A DNA stretch of 64,000 bases, from the NCBI GenBank assembly GCA_035500755.1, contig DATJXB010000067.1, positions 36,023 through 100,022 of the forward strand, given 5' to 3'. Below, piece by piece: positions 47,301 through 56,755 of this stretch. The position numbers and the translations under genes are program-made. Numbering within the stretch: the stretch's first letter is position 1; every line of letters begins with the position of its first letter. Source of the DNA: Thermoanaerobaculia bacterium (GTDB lineage: Bacteria; Acidobacteriota; Thermoanaerobaculia; UBA5066; Gp7-AA6). Below the pieces are notes generated by a model. The model was not told the DNA's origin, made no database searches, and saw only the letters and a list, made by a program, of their open reading frames with translations.

Positions 47301-50300
47301 GTGACGGCGGCGGCCGAGCGCGTCTTCGAAGTGAGGCTTCCGGGCGAGCACGACTTCGACGTCTACGCCTCCTCGCTCTCGGGCGAAACGCTCTCGCAGG
47401 CGCTCGCGGCGATCGAGGCGCTCGCCGAGCGGTTCGGCTTCACCGACGATCTCGTCGTCTTCGTCGAGTACCCGTCATGGGAGCCGCTCGCCCGGGCGCT
47501 GCGGGAGCGCTTCGGCTGGCGCGTCGTCTACGACTGTATGGACGAGCACACGGGGTTCGGCACGCACGGCCCGGAGACGGAGAGCGACGAACGCCGGCTC
47601 GTCGCGGAGGCGAACCTCGTCGCCGCCACGTCGCGCCTCCTCCTCGAAAAAGTCCGCCGGGTTCGACCCGACGTGCTCGCGGTACCCAACGCGGGCGATC
47701 CGGCGCATTTCGAGGCGCTGCCCGCGCGCGCGGCGAGCCCGCTCGCGGCGCTGCCGCGGCCCGTCGTCGGCTATTACGGGGCGATCGCGGCCTGGTTCGA
47801 CGCGCCGGCGGTGGCCGACGCGGCGCGGCGCCACCCGGAGTGGTCCTTCGCGCTCGTCGGCGGCGTCTCCGGCGCCGACCTCGCGAGCCTCGAGGGCCGG
47901 CCCAACGTCCACCGCTTTGGCGAAGTGCCCTACGAGAAGCTGCCCGCCTGGGTCGCGGGGTTCGACGTGTGCACGATCCCGTTCGAGCGCTCGCCCCTGA
48001 CCGAGGCGACCAACCCGGTCAAGGTCTTCGAGTACCTGGCGACCGGCAAGCCCATCGTCGCGCGCCGGCTCCCCGAGCTCGAGGCGCTGGGGGACGCGGT
48101 GAGCCTGTACGACGCGCGCGAGCGGTTTGCCGCCGCGCTCGAGCAGGCGGTGCGCGAGGACCCGGCCGCCCCGGTCGTCGCCCGCCGCCGCGCCCTCGCC
48201 CGCGAGAACACGTGGGACGCGCGTTACCGGGTGCTGAAGGACGCGATCGCGGGCATCCCCCCCTCACCCCGACCCTCTCCTCCTCGAGGGGGAAGAGGGA
48301 GCCTGGACGGCGCCGCGCTCGCCGCGCGCGTGCGCGAGATCCGCCGCCTCGACGGGATCATCCGCGAACAAAAGGAGGGGATCGAGTACCTCCGCGCCGT
48401 CGTCGACCAGCGGGAGCGAGAGCTCGAGGAAGCCCGCAGCATCTCGGACGCGAGGGACGTGCACCTCTCCGCCGCGCTCGCCGAGCTCGAGCGCTGGGAG
48501 AAGTCGCGGCTCGGGCGCCTTCGACGCGCCGCCGAACGCGTCAAGGGCGCCGCCGGCCGGGCGACGGCGCCGGGCACGCCTCTCTTCGCGGTCGGGTCGA
48601 GGGTTCTTCCGCGGCCGCTCGCGCGCTTCCTGCGGCGCGCGTTCGCGCCCGTCGCCTCGAAGGCCATGGTCGAGGCCGCCGACGCCTCGGAGACGGCCTC
48701 GGGCCGCCGCACGACGGCGGCGATTCCCATGGAGCCCGCGGGCCGCTACGACACGATCGTCTTCTCGATCATCGACTGGGACTTCCGCTTCCAGCGTCCG
48801 CAGCAGCTCGCGACCCAGTTCGGCCGCCACGGCCACCGCGTCTTCTACCTGTCGACGTCGAAGTTCCTCAACCCGAAGGGGCCGGCCTGGGACCTCGCGC
48901 GCCAGGCGGAGAACGTCGCGGAGCTGAGGCTCCGTTCCCGCCGAGGCCTCGACGTCTACGGAGGCCGCCTCGACGCCGCCGACGTCGACGGTCTCGTCGC
49001 TTCCTTCGAGGCGCTCGCCCGGGACCTCGCGATCGGCGACGCGGTCTGCCTCGTCCAGATCCCGTTCTGGGCCCCGCTCGCCTTCGCCTTGAAACGCCGG
49101 CTCGGCTGGAAGGTCGTCTACGACTGCATGGACGAGTGGACGAATTTCCCCGGCTTCGGCGAGAGCGTCCTCTCGCTCGAGGAGAGCCTCGTGCGGGCCG
49201 CCGACGCGACGATCGTCTCGGCGGACCGCCTCGAGCAGAAGTGGCGGGCGGCGGCGCCGCGCCTGATCCTCGCCCGCAACGCGATGGACGCCGAGCACTA
49301 CCGGAGCCGGTTCGGGCCCAACGACCTGCTCGCCGGCGCGCGGCACCCGATCATCGGCTACTACGGCGCGCTCGCCTCGTGGGTCGACGCGCCCCTGCTG
49401 GCGAAGATCGCGGCGAGGTACCCGAACGGCACGCTCGTGCTCGCGGGCGGCCGTTTCGACGTGGACCTCTCGACGATCGAGAAGCTGCCGAACGTGCGCC
49501 TGCTCGGCCAGCGGCCGTACGACGAGATGCCGAAGCTCCTCTGGGACTTCGACGCCTGCATGATCCCGTTTCTCGTCAACGACATCACCGAGGCGACGAA
49601 CCCGGTCAAGTTCTACGAGTATCTCTGGGGCGGCAAGCCCGTCGTCGCGCCGGCGCTGACGGAGCTTCTGCCCTACGCCGGGATCTCCTATCTCGCCCAC
49701 GGCCACGACGAGTTCCTCGCCCAGCTCGACCGCGCGCTCGCCGAGGCCCCGGACGACCCGCGCCGGGCCGAGCGCCGCCGCGTGGCCGAAGAGAACGACT
49801 GGGCTCACCGCTACGCGACGATTGCCGGCGCCCTCGACGCGGCGTTCCCGGTCGTTTCCGTCGTCGTCGTCACGTACGGCGGGCTCGAGCTGACCCGGGC
49901 GTGCCTCGCCTCGCTCCTCGAGCGCGAGACGTGGCCGCGCCTCGACGTCGTCGTCGTCGACAATGCCTCCACCGACGGGACGCCGGAGTACCTCGCCGAG
50001 GTCGCCCGCCGCGACCCGCGCGTGCGCGTGATCGCGAATCGCGAGAACCGCGGCTTCGCGGCGGCGAACAACCAGGGCATCGCGCTCTCGGCCGGCGAGA
50101 TCGTCGTCCTCTTGAACAACGACACGGTCGTGCCGCCCGGCCTGATGGGCCGCCTCGCGGGCCACCTCCAGCGCGACGCGTCGATCGGCCTTCTGTGTCC
50201 GACGACCAACTTCTGCGGCAACGAGGCGCGCGTCGAGCCGGACTACGCGGACCTCGCGGATCTCCCGGCCTACGCCGCGCGGCGTGCCCGCGAGCACCGC

Positions 50301-50660
50301 GGCCGCGTCTTCGACATCGGCGTCGCGGCGATGTACTGCGTCGCCGCGCGGCGGGCGGTTCTCGACGACGTGGGCCCCCTCGACGAGGCCTACGGCATCG
50401 GCATGTTCGAGGACGACGACTTCGCGGTGCGGATGCGCGGAAAGGGCCACCGCGTCTGCTGCGCCGAGGACGCGTACGTGCACCACGTCGGCCAGGGCGC
50501 GTTCCGCAAGCTCTCGCCCGAAGCCTACGACGCGTTGTGGAAGAAGAACCAGGCCTACTTCGAGAAGAAGTTCGCACGAGAGTGGAAGGCGCACGTGCCG
50601 CGGGAAGGCGTGGCGGCGGTGGCGTCGAAGGTCGGAGCGGAACAGGGGGAGCGCGCATGA
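47301..50660 (+). CDS. Tri-modular glycosyltransferase: two tandem GT4-like (group 1) modules separated by a coiled-coil linker, plus a C-terminal GT2 (family 2) domain; homology continues upstream to ~47150 with no canonical start codon
   Basis: Module 1 ...IIDWGFRFQRPQQL...EVPYEKLPAWVAGFDVCTIPFERSPLTEATNPVKVFEYLATGKPIV... and module 2 ...IIDWDFRFQRPQQL...QRPYDEMPKLLWDFDACMIPFLVNDITEATNPVKFYEYLWGGKPVV... are clear internal duplicates. C-terminus ...VVVVTYGGLELTRACLASL...VVVVDNASTDGTPEYL... is GT2. First in-frame ATG/GTG/TTG is GTG 47301, yet the conserved module-1 N-terminus is encoded from ~47150 in the same frame. Confidence 0.75.
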   Translation: MTAAAERVFEVRLPGEHDFDVYASSLSGETLSQALAAIEALAERFGFTDDLVVFVEYPSWEPLARALRERFGWRVVYDCMDEHTGFGTHGPETESDERRLVAEANLVAATSRLLLEKVRRVRPDVLAVPNAGDPAHFEALPARAASPLAALPRPVVGYYGAIAAWFDAPAVADAARRHPEWSFALVGGVSGADLASLEGRPNVHRFGEVPYEKLPAWVAGFDVCTIPFERSPLTEATNPVKVFEYLATGKPIVARRLPELEALGDAVSLYDARERFAAALEQAVREDPAAPVVARRRALARENTWDARYRVLKDAIAGIPPSPRPSPPRGGRGSLDGAALAARVREIRRLDGIIREQKEGIEYLRAVVDQRERELEEARSISDARDVHLSAALAELERWEKSRLGRLRRAAERVKGAAGRATAPGTPLFAVGSRVLPRPLARFLRRAFAPVASKAMVEAADASETASGRRTTAAIPMEPAGRYDTIVFSIIDWDFRFQRPQQLATQFGRHGHRVFYLSTSKFLNPKGPAWDLARQAENVAELRLRSRRGLDVYGGRLDAADVDGLVASFEALARDLAIGDAVCLVQIPFWAPLAFALKRRLGWKVVYDCMDEWTNFPGFGESVLSLEESLVRAADATIVSADRLEQKWRAAAPRLILARNAMDAEHYRSRFGPNDLLAGARHPIIGYYGALASWVDAPLLAKIAARYPNGTLVLAGGRFDVDLSTIEKLPNVRLLGQRPYDEMPKLLWDFDACMIPFLVNDITEATNPVKFYEYLWGGKPVVAPALTELLPYAGISYLAHGHDEFLAQLDRALAEAPDDPRRAERRRVAEENDWAHRYATIAGALDAAFPVVSVVVVTYGGLELTRACLASLLERETWPRLDVVVVDNASTDGTPEYLAEVARRDPRVRVIANRENRGFAAANNQGIALSAGEIVVLLNNDTVVPPGLMGRLAGHLQRDASIGLLCPTTNFCGNEARVEPDYADLADLPAYAARRAREHRGRVFDIGVAAMYCVAARRAVLDDVGPLDEAYGIGMFEDDDFAVRMRGKGHRVCCAEDAYVHHVGQGAFRKLSPEAYDALWKKNQAYFEKKFAREWKAHVPREGVAAVASKVGAEQGERA
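48257..48300. repeat. Copy 2 of the C/G-rich palindromic repeat family, inserted in frame in the glycosyltransferase linker (encodes PPSPRPSPPRGGRGS)
   Basis: ccccccctcaccccgaccctctcctcctcgagggggaagaggga. Confidence 0.8.
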
Positions 50661-51391
50661 ACGAGGCCACAGACCTTCCGACGTCGCCGGACGATCCGCG
50701 GCTGCAGGGCTGGTACCACACGATCGACCTCGGCAACGGGCTGGTGTCGAAGGGCGCGTACGACCACCGGCCGGTCGTGGACCGGTACGGCATCCCGGAG
50801 TCGCTCGCCGGAAAGACGGCGCTCGACGTCGGCACGTTCGACGGGTTCTGGGCCTTCGAGCTCGAGCGCCGCGGCGCCGCCGTGACCGCGATCGACATCG
50901 CGCGCATCGGCGATTTCGACTGGGTGCCGTCGGCGCGGGCCGCGCTCGGGCCGAACGCGGATCGGCAATCCAACTTTTCCCTCGCGAAGCGCCTGCGCGG
51001 CTCCCGCGTCGAGCGGCGCCTCTGCAGCGTCTACGATCTGTCGCCCACGACCGTGGGAACGTTCGACGTCGTCTTCTGCGGCGACGTCCTGCTTCATCTG
51101 TTCAACCCGATCCAGGCGCTCATCAACATCCGAAGGGTGACCCGCGAGGTGGCGATCATTCAGAGCTCGCTGCACGAGGGCATCGAGTCGCTGCACCCGG
51201 GGATGCCGTGGATCCATTTCGGCGCCCGTGACTTCGAGAAGACCCTCGGCGAGCACTGCACCTACTGGATCTTCAGCACGAAGGCGCTGTCCGAGATGAT
51301 GGAGTACGCCGGCTTCGCGTCGACCGAGCCTCAGCCGACGTTCAAGATTCCGGGCGGCCCGGTCTCGACGTCCGTCATCGGCCGCGTGTAG
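50657..51391 (+). CDS. Class I SAM-dependent methyltransferase
   Basis: ATG overlapping the glycosyltransferase stop (ATGA). MNEATDLPTSPDDPRLQGWYHTIDLGNG...GKTALDVGTFDGFWAFELERRGAAVTAIDIA (motif I) ...FDVVFCGDVLLHL... In the same frame as the giant artefactual ORF 43748-51391. Confidence 0.75.
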   Translation: MNEATDLPTSPDDPRLQGWYHTIDLGNGLVSKGAYDHRPVVDRYGIPESLAGKTALDVGTFDGFWAFELERRGAAVTAIDIARIGDFDWVPSARAALGPNADRQSNFSLAKRLRGSRVERRLCSVYDLSPTTVGTFDVVFCGDVLLHLFNPIQALINIRRVTREVAIIQSSLHEGIESLHPGMPWIHFGARDFEKTLGEHCTYWIFSTKALSEMMEYAGFASTEPQPTFKIPGGPVSTSVIGRV

Positions 51392-53744
51392 CGACCTGCC
51401 GGCGAGCCCGGCCCCGAAAGGCGAGCGCGCCGGTCACGAGGAGCGCCACGGCGGTGATCAGCGCCCCGATTCGGAGGGAGCGGGGCGCCATCAGGAAGCG
51501 CACGGTGTGCCGGCCGGGCGCCAGGGCCACGCCGTCGAAGGCGTAGTCGACGCGCAGCAGCGGAGCCGGGGCGCCGTCCACCGCGACCCGCCAGCCCGGG
51601 TCGTAGGACTGGCTGAGGACGAGGATGCTCGGTTCGGCGACGCGCGCGGTGAGCCGGACGTCGTTGGTCCTCTGGACGAAGTCGGAGACGCCGGGCGGCA
51701 GCTCCGGCGCCGCCTCGCCGCGGAACGGGACCGGCGCCGGCGCCGGGAGCACGACCGAGCGCGCCGGGTCGAACTCGGCCGACGTGACGCGGGCACGCTG
51801 AGCCTCCGGCGAAGGGGCGACGTCGATTCCCCACGCCGGCACCAGGAACGCGCGCGGGAGAACGGTGCGGTTCTCGAAGACGCGGACGCTCCCGTCGGCG
51901 AACACGAGCCGGAAACGGTCCGGCTGCGACGCGAGGTTTCCGACGCTCCGATTCCACGTCGTCGCGGCCAGATACTTCACGTTCATCAGATCGAGCAGCC
52001 GATTCCGATCCTCGACGATCCGCTGCGACTGGACGGCCGGCACGCCCTGGGACGTCCCCAGCGTCGCCAGGAGCGATTCCGTCCGCCAGGGAATGACGTT
52101 GAACCCGGTCGCGGACTCCAGGCCGTAGGCGAGCTCGGCGCCGGCCGGATACGTGCCGTCGACCGAGGAGACCCGATGCGGCTCCGGATCCTTTTTCAGG
52201 AACTCGAACGTGGGCGCCGCCGGGAAGATCTCCGAGGGCCGCACGAAGGGGAGGAACCGAAAACTCGCGGTGACGAGGTCGGCGGCGACGAAGGCCAGAG
52301 CCAGCGCCGCGAAGCGTGCGGGACCGAGGCGGCCGGCCAGGGCGAGGACCAGAACGAGCACGGCCGCCAGGAGAATCGCCGCCGACGACGCCGGCCCGCG
52401 GAAGGTCCGAAGAGAAACGAGCGCGTGGGTGTGGGAAGCGAACCTCCCCTGCCACCGGATCAGCGCGATTCCGCTTCCCGCGATCACGACGGCTCCGGCC
52501 GCCAGGACCCAGAACGCGGGACGTGCATGCCGGCGCTCTCGAAGCTCGACGGAAAGCGCCGAGATGCCGAGGCTCGCCAGGACGGCGAGGGAGAGGTCGG
52601 CGACGGCGAGAAGCCTCCCGTTGGGAATTCCCCGGAGGACCGGAACGTGACGCGAGAGCCCGTAGAGCGGGCCGACGCCGTACACGATCGAGAGAGCGGT
52701 CACGAGGAGGGCGAGAAAAAAGATCGCGTCGCGGCGGTTGCGGTGGAGGAGCGCCAGCGGCGCCACGAGGAGGGTCAGGATTCCGGCGTAAGCGGCGCCC
52801 TCCGGGATCGCGACGCCGGCGGAATTGGGCGTCGATCCGAGATCTCGCGAGAGGAAGGCCACGATCTCGGAGAGCGGCCGCGGGCCCCAGCGGGCGTCCA
52901 TCCCCCGGTTGAGCTGGCCGATGAATTCGAGGGCGGGGAGCGCCTGGACGGCGGCGAGACCGAGCGCGAGCAGGCCGGAGATCGCGAAGGCGGCGGCGAA
53001 GCGGAAGCGGCCAGGACCCCCGTCGGCCGGAAGCGCGAAACGAAAGAGAAAGAACGCCAGCGCCACGAGGGTCACGTGGGCGGCGCTCTCGGGCTGGCCG
53101 GCCAGCACCGGCAGGGAGAGCGCGGCGGCCGTCAGCGCGACGCGGGGTCCGGAAATCCGCCGGCGCAGCCGGTCGATCGCGAAGAGCGCGAGGGCGAGCC
53201 AGGTCACCGTGTCCAGGTGGGGCCGCGTCTGAAAGGCCGTGACCCATCCGCTGAAGGCGAAGACGACGCCCGCCGCCAGCGCGGCCAGCTCCTCCGCGCC
53301 GAGAGCGTGAGCGAGCAGCGTGACGAAGAGACCGGCGAGGACCGTGCGCAGCAGAAACTGCAGCGACCACGCCAGGGGTGTGGGCAGGAGCGCGTAGAGC
53401 AGCGTCGGCGGATAGAACAGGGCCGGCTGGGGATCGCCGACGAACGTGGTGCCGAGCAGGGAATGGCGATTCCAGAGCGGGAAGGTCCCCTCGAGAGCCG
53501 CGCGGCGCGTGTGCAGCTTCCACGGATACATCTCGGTCACGAGGTCGCCCGCCTCGGCGTGCGGGCTCGCCGTCGCGTTCGGGCCGCGCACGGACTCGAA
53601 CGGCGGGAATTGCGTCACCAGATCCGCCGGGAACGGGACCCGGCCGAAGAGCATCGGCCAGTAGTTCAGCAGGGTGAGCCCGGCGAGCAGCAGAGCGCCG
53701 CGCCGAAGGACGCGCCGATCGGGACTCCCGCGCGGGGAGTTCAC
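51375..53744 (-). CDS. YfhO-family polytopic membrane protein (GT-C-fold glycosyl/polymer transferase-like)
   Basis: GTG start overlapping the upstream stop (GTGA): VNSPRGSPDRRVLRRGALLLAGLTLLNYWPMLFG... About 14 TM, then a C-terminal soluble domain ending ...SQSYDPGWRVAVDGAPAPLLRVDYAFDGVALAPGRHTVRF..., the characteristic YfhO C-terminus (SYDKGWKATVNGK...). The first ~450 codons of the 1242-aa table ORF are out-of-frame overlap. Confidence 0.75.
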   Translation of the reverse strand: MNSPRGSPDRRVLRRGALLLAGLTLLNYWPMLFGRVPFPADLVTQFPPFESVRGPNATASPHAEAGDLVTEMYPWKLHTRRAALEGTFPLWNRHSLLGTTFVGDPQPALFYPPTLLYALLPTPLAWSLQFLLRTVLAGLFVTLLAHALGAEELAALAAGVVFAFSGWVTAFQTRPHLDTVTWLALALFAIDRLRRRISGPRVALTAAALSLPVLAGQPESAAHVTLVALAFFLFRFALPADGGPGRFRFAAAFAISGLLALGLAAVQALPALEFIGQLNRGMDARWGPRPLSEIVAFLSRDLGSTPNSAGVAIPEGAAYAGILTLLVAPLALLHRNRRDAIFFLALLVTALSIVYGVGPLYGLSRHVPVLRGIPNGRLLAVADLSLAVLASLGISALSVELRERRHARPAFWVLAAGAVVIAGSGIALIRWQGRFASHTHALVSLRTFRGPASSAAILLAAVLVLVLALAGRLGPARFAALALAFVAADLVTASFRFLPFVRPSEIFPAAPTFEFLKKDPEPHRVSSVDGTYPAGAELAYGLESATGFNVIPWRTESLLATLGTSQGVPAVQSQRIVEDRNRLLDLMNVKYLAATTWNRSVGNLASQPDRFRLVFADGSVRVFENRTVLPRAFLVPAWGIDVAPSPEAQRARVTSAEFDPARSVVLPAPAPVPFRGEAAPELPPGVSDFVQRTNDVRLTARVAEPSILVLSQSYDPGWRVAVDGAPAPLLRVDYAFDGVALAPGRHTVRFLMAPRSLRIGALITAVALLVTGALAFRGRARRQVATRGR

Positions 53745-55075
53745 CCCATCGCCGGACTCTGCGCGCGGATCCAGCCGAGGACGGCGACGGCGACGGCGGC
53801 CGGCGCAAGCTGCTCGAGCAGCCGCGGGTATGCCTGCGCGACGTGGAGCTCGAGCGGCCACGTCGTGAAGAGAAACGGCGCGATGAGTATCGCTCCCGCG
53901 GCGGCGGTCGCGCCGGCGAGGCATCGCTCGAGCGCCGAACCGCGCCGGAGGAGCACGAGCGCGGCGGCCGCGAACGCCGGCCAGAGCAGCCCCCAGCGGC
54001 GCGGCGGGAGCGCCGCCTCGAAGCACAGCCGCGCCACGTGCCGGATCCGGTGGAGCGCCTCCGTCAGATGAACGGCGTCGGGCGCGGAATACTCGAGGTC
54101 GGGCACCGCGAGCCAGCGCAGGTAGGTCAAGCGCACGGCCAAGAAGCCGGCGATCACGGCCGCGGCCTTCCACGGGCGCCGGGAGGGAGCCGGCGTGGCG
54201 CGGCGCTCGAGCCGGCGGCAGAGGAGCGCGGCCGCGCAGGCGATCACAGCCAGGATCGTGCCCTCCGCTTTGACCGTCGTCAAGCCGCCGACGAGCCACG
54301 CCAGCGCGTCGTCGTCCCTGCGGAGCGCGGCGCCGACGACGCCGGCGACGAAGGCTGCCTGGGGCATGTCGGCGTAGCCGCCGGCGGAGTGCCGCGTCGA
54401 CAGCAGCGGCAGGAACGCGAGCAGCAGCGCCCCGGTCATCGCGAGCCGCGTCGAGGCAACGGCACGAAGGCCGCCGAAGATCGAGACGAGGAGCGAGACG
54501 TAGAACGGCACGAAAACGGGCTTGACGAGGTCGAAGTCGAAGCGTCCTCGAACGCACAGGAGCAGAGCCTCGAACAGGGGCACCAGCGGCGGGTAGCGCA
54601 GGTGCCGGAGCTCGTACGCGTCGTCCGGGTACCACGCGCGGCCGAGCGAGCCCTCGTGGAAGAGCACCTGGGCCTTGCTCGCCCAGATGACGAGCCCGTC
54701 CCAGTGCAGGTCGTGGCGCAGGTCGAGCGCGAGGAAACAGCCGACGGCCACGAGGATGCCGGCGAGCGCGGCGGCCGTCCACGGGTCGAGCTCGGCCCGC
54801 CGACGGGGCGGCGCGGGACGTCGGCCGCGGAGGCGGCGCACGGCCGCCGCGGCGAGGCAGGCCGCGAGCAGACCGAGCTCGACGGACAGCGCGGCGCCCC
54901 GGGCGAGGAGCGAGAGTGGAAAGAGGGCGGCCGCGGCGACGGCCATGCCGGTCAGGAACGCCGCGTTCGCCGACACGAGGCCGCGCGACGCGCGGCCGAG
55001 CACGAGCTCCCCGGCGGCGGTGAAGGCGGCCACGAGGAGCGCCGTGGCGGCGAGGCCCGCGGCGGCGGCCGTCAT
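53741..55075 (-). CDS. Polytopic integral membrane protein (about 444 aa; possibly a GT-C-like membrane transferase)
   Basis: ATG (MTAAAAGLAATALLVAAF...) overlapping the upstream stop (ATGA). More than 10 predicted TM helices. The upstream 152 codons of the table ORF are artefact. Function not assignable from sequence alone. Confidence 0.55.
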   Translation of the reverse strand: MTAAAAGLAATALLVAAFTAAGELVLGRASRGLVSANAAFLTGMAVAAAALFPLSLLARGAALSVELGLLAACLAAAAVRRLRGRRPAPPRRRAELDPWTAAALAGILVAVGCFLALDLRHDLHWDGLVIWASKAQVLFHEGSLGRAWYPDDAYELRHLRYPPLVPLFEALLLCVRGRFDFDLVKPVFVPFYVSLLVSIFGGLRAVASTRLAMTGALLLAFLPLLSTRHSAGGYADMPQAAFVAGVVGAALRRDDDALAWLVGGLTTVKAEGTILAVIACAAALLCRRLERRATPAPSRRPWKAAAVIAGFLAVRLTYLRWLAVPDLEYSAPDAVHLTEALHRIRHVARLCFEAALPPRRWGLLWPAFAAAALVLLRRGSALERCLAGATAAAGAILIAPFLFTTWPLELHVAQAYPRLLEQLAPAAVAVAVLGWIRAQSPAMG

Positions 55076-55521
55076 GGCGCCGCGAGCGCGCCGAGCCAGA
55101 CATGCGGCTCGACGGTGGGCAGCGCGCCGAGGTCGGCGGCCTCGACGAACCCGAGGTCCGGCGGGCGGCGCGCGAGCGCGACGCCGTGCCGGATCGCCCA
55201 CCGCCTCTCGAGCGCCGCGACCTCCGCGCGCGTCACGGGCTCGAAGCGGACGAGCACGACGTGGCGCGGATAGAGGAGCCGCTGGATCAGCCAGGCGTAC
55301 CAGAGCTCCTCGGTGCGCGTGTTGCCGATCAGGAGCAGCGGCTCGCCGGCCGGCACGCGCGCCTCGATCGCCGCGATCTGGGGGGCGAGCGACGCGGGAG
55401 CGTTCGTCGGCCCGGCCTCGCCGAAGGTCGCGCGGAAGTCCCGCGAGAATGCGGCGACGCCCGAGCCGACGCCCGCGGCGAGAACGACGGCAGCCGCAGC
55501 GCGCAGGACGAGGCTCGGCAC
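55072..55521 (-). CDS. Small membrane-anchored hypothetical protein
   Basis: 149 aa with an N-terminal TM (LVLRAAAAVVLAAGVGSGVAAF). Translationally coupled (ATGA) to the downstream membrane protein. Confidence 0.4.
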   Translation of the reverse strand: MPSLVLRAAAAVVLAAGVGSGVAAFSRDFRATFGEAGPTNAPASLAPQIAAIEARVPAGEPLLLIGNTRTEELWYAWLIQRLLYPRHVVLVRFEPVTRAEVAALERRWAIRHGVALARRPPDLGFVEAADLGALPTVEPHVWLGALAAP

Positions 55522-55558
55522 GTCCCCGCATGATACGGGAGGTTCCGGGGCGGAGCCC

Positions 55559-56755
55559 CTATTCGCCGGGCGCCGGCAGCGCGCGATAGGCGAACGGCGG
55601 GTCGGGCTTCCCGGGAGGACCCGACGCCCGCAGCATGTCGGGCGGCCCTCCCGAGGCCTCGACGCTCTCGAGGAAGAACGCCGCGATGCGGCGCGCGTGC
55701 TCGTCCAGGCGCTCGCCTTCGATGTTCGACAGCATGACCGTCACCAGGCGGGCATGCGGCACGATGACGATCGCGGCACGGCCGCCGACGCCCCGGCCGC
55801 CGTGCCAGACGTAGCGCCGCCCGCGCGCGTCGCGGTCCACGTGCCAGCCGAGCCCGTAGCCCGTCTCGGTCCCGCCGCGCGTCTTCTGCGGCGTGAACAT
55901 CGCCTCGAGCGTCTCGCGCTTGACGATGTCGCCGTTGACGAGCGCCGCCCCGAAGCGGACGAGGTCGCTCGTCGTCGACACCAGGCCGCCCGCGCCCCAG
56001 CGGCAGCTCGTGTCGACGGGCCGCGCGGCGCCGAGGAGGCCGAACCAGCCGCGCTCGTAGAACTGCGTGCGGCCGGGGAGGAAGCGCCGCGGGTCGTCCA
56101 CCATCGTCGAGGCCATGCCCGACGGCGACGCGACGGTCTCGGCGAGGAGATCCGAGAACGTCCTGCCCGACGCCGACTCGAGGACGGCCGAGAGCAGCAC
56201 GTAGCCGGGCCTCGACGGCGTGTAGGAGAGCCCGGCCGGCCGGACGAAGAGGCGCGCGGGCAGGCGGCGGCAGGCCTCGCGGGCGCTGGCGCAGGGCGCG
56301 GCGACGTCCTCGTCGTCGGCGAAATCGCGCGCGCCGGACAGGTGCGCGGCGAGCTGGCGCGACGAGATCGGCGCGTTCGCGTCGATCAGGAAGGGAAGGT
56401 AGCGCTGGATCGGCGCATCGAGGTCGAGGCGTCCCTCGTCGGAGAGGCGCGCCATCACGGCCGCCGTCAGCGGCATCGCGGCCTCGTACACCCGGAACTG
56501 CGTGGCCCGCGACACGGCCCGGTGGCGCTCGACGTCGGCGTAGCCGAAGGCCGTCGACCAGACGATGTCGTTGCCGACGGCGACCGCGACCGCGGTCCCG
56601 GGGTAGAGCTGGAGGACCTCGTCGAGCATCGCCCGCGACTGCTCGATCGCGCGGGCGTAGGGCACGGGCGCCGAGCCGCCGAGGACGGGCCGCGTCGCGA
56701 GCGCGAGCGCCACCGACGCGGCGAGAGCTCCGCGGGAGAGGGTGGGGCGTCTCAT
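55559..56755 (-). CDS. Beta-lactamase-fold (class C / PBP4-like) protein with signal peptide; catalytic SxxK apparently degenerate
   Basis: ATG overlapping the kinase stop: MRRPTLSRGALAASVALALA... Family blocks ...YGLGW...GGRGVGGRAAIVIVPHARLVTV..., but the expected F-R-[IV]-x-S-x-x-K position reads FRVYEAAMPL by my alignment. Confidence 0.7.
   Translation of the reverse strand: MRRPTLSRGALAASVALALATRPVLGGSAPVPYARAIEQSRAMLDEVLQLYPGTAVAVAVGNDIVWSTAFGYADVERHRAVSRATQFRVYEAAMPLTAAVMARLSDEGRLDLDAPIQRYLPFLIDANAPISSRQLAAHLSGARDFADDEDVAAPCASAREACRRLPARLFVRPAGLSYTPSRPGYVLLSAVLESASGRTFSDLLAETVASPSGMASTMVDDPRRFLPGRTQFYERGWFGLLGAARPVDTSCRWGAGGLVSTTSDLVRFGAALVNGDIVKRETLEAMFTPQKTRGGTETGYGLGWHVDRDARGRRYVWHGGRGVGGRAAIVIVPHARLVTVMLSNIEGERLDEHARRIAAFFLESVEASGGPPDMLRASGPPGKPDPPFAYRALPAPGE

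Noticed and set aside
43748-51391. 2547-aa plus-strand ORF, the longest in the table
   Set aside because: It is an alternative frame running through the outer-membrane receptor, glycosyltransferase and methyltransferase genes (only its last 244 codons, the methyltransferase, are real). Arg/Pro/Gly-rich low-complexity translation typical of out-of-frame reading in 70% GC DNA. The real genes have recognisable domains in other frames.
51375-55103. 1242-aa minus-strand ORF
   Set aside because: Only the C-terminal 789 codons (YfhO-like, starting at GTG 53744) are coding. The upstream part overlaps the preceding membrane-protein gene out of frame and is Arg/Pro-rich nonsense.
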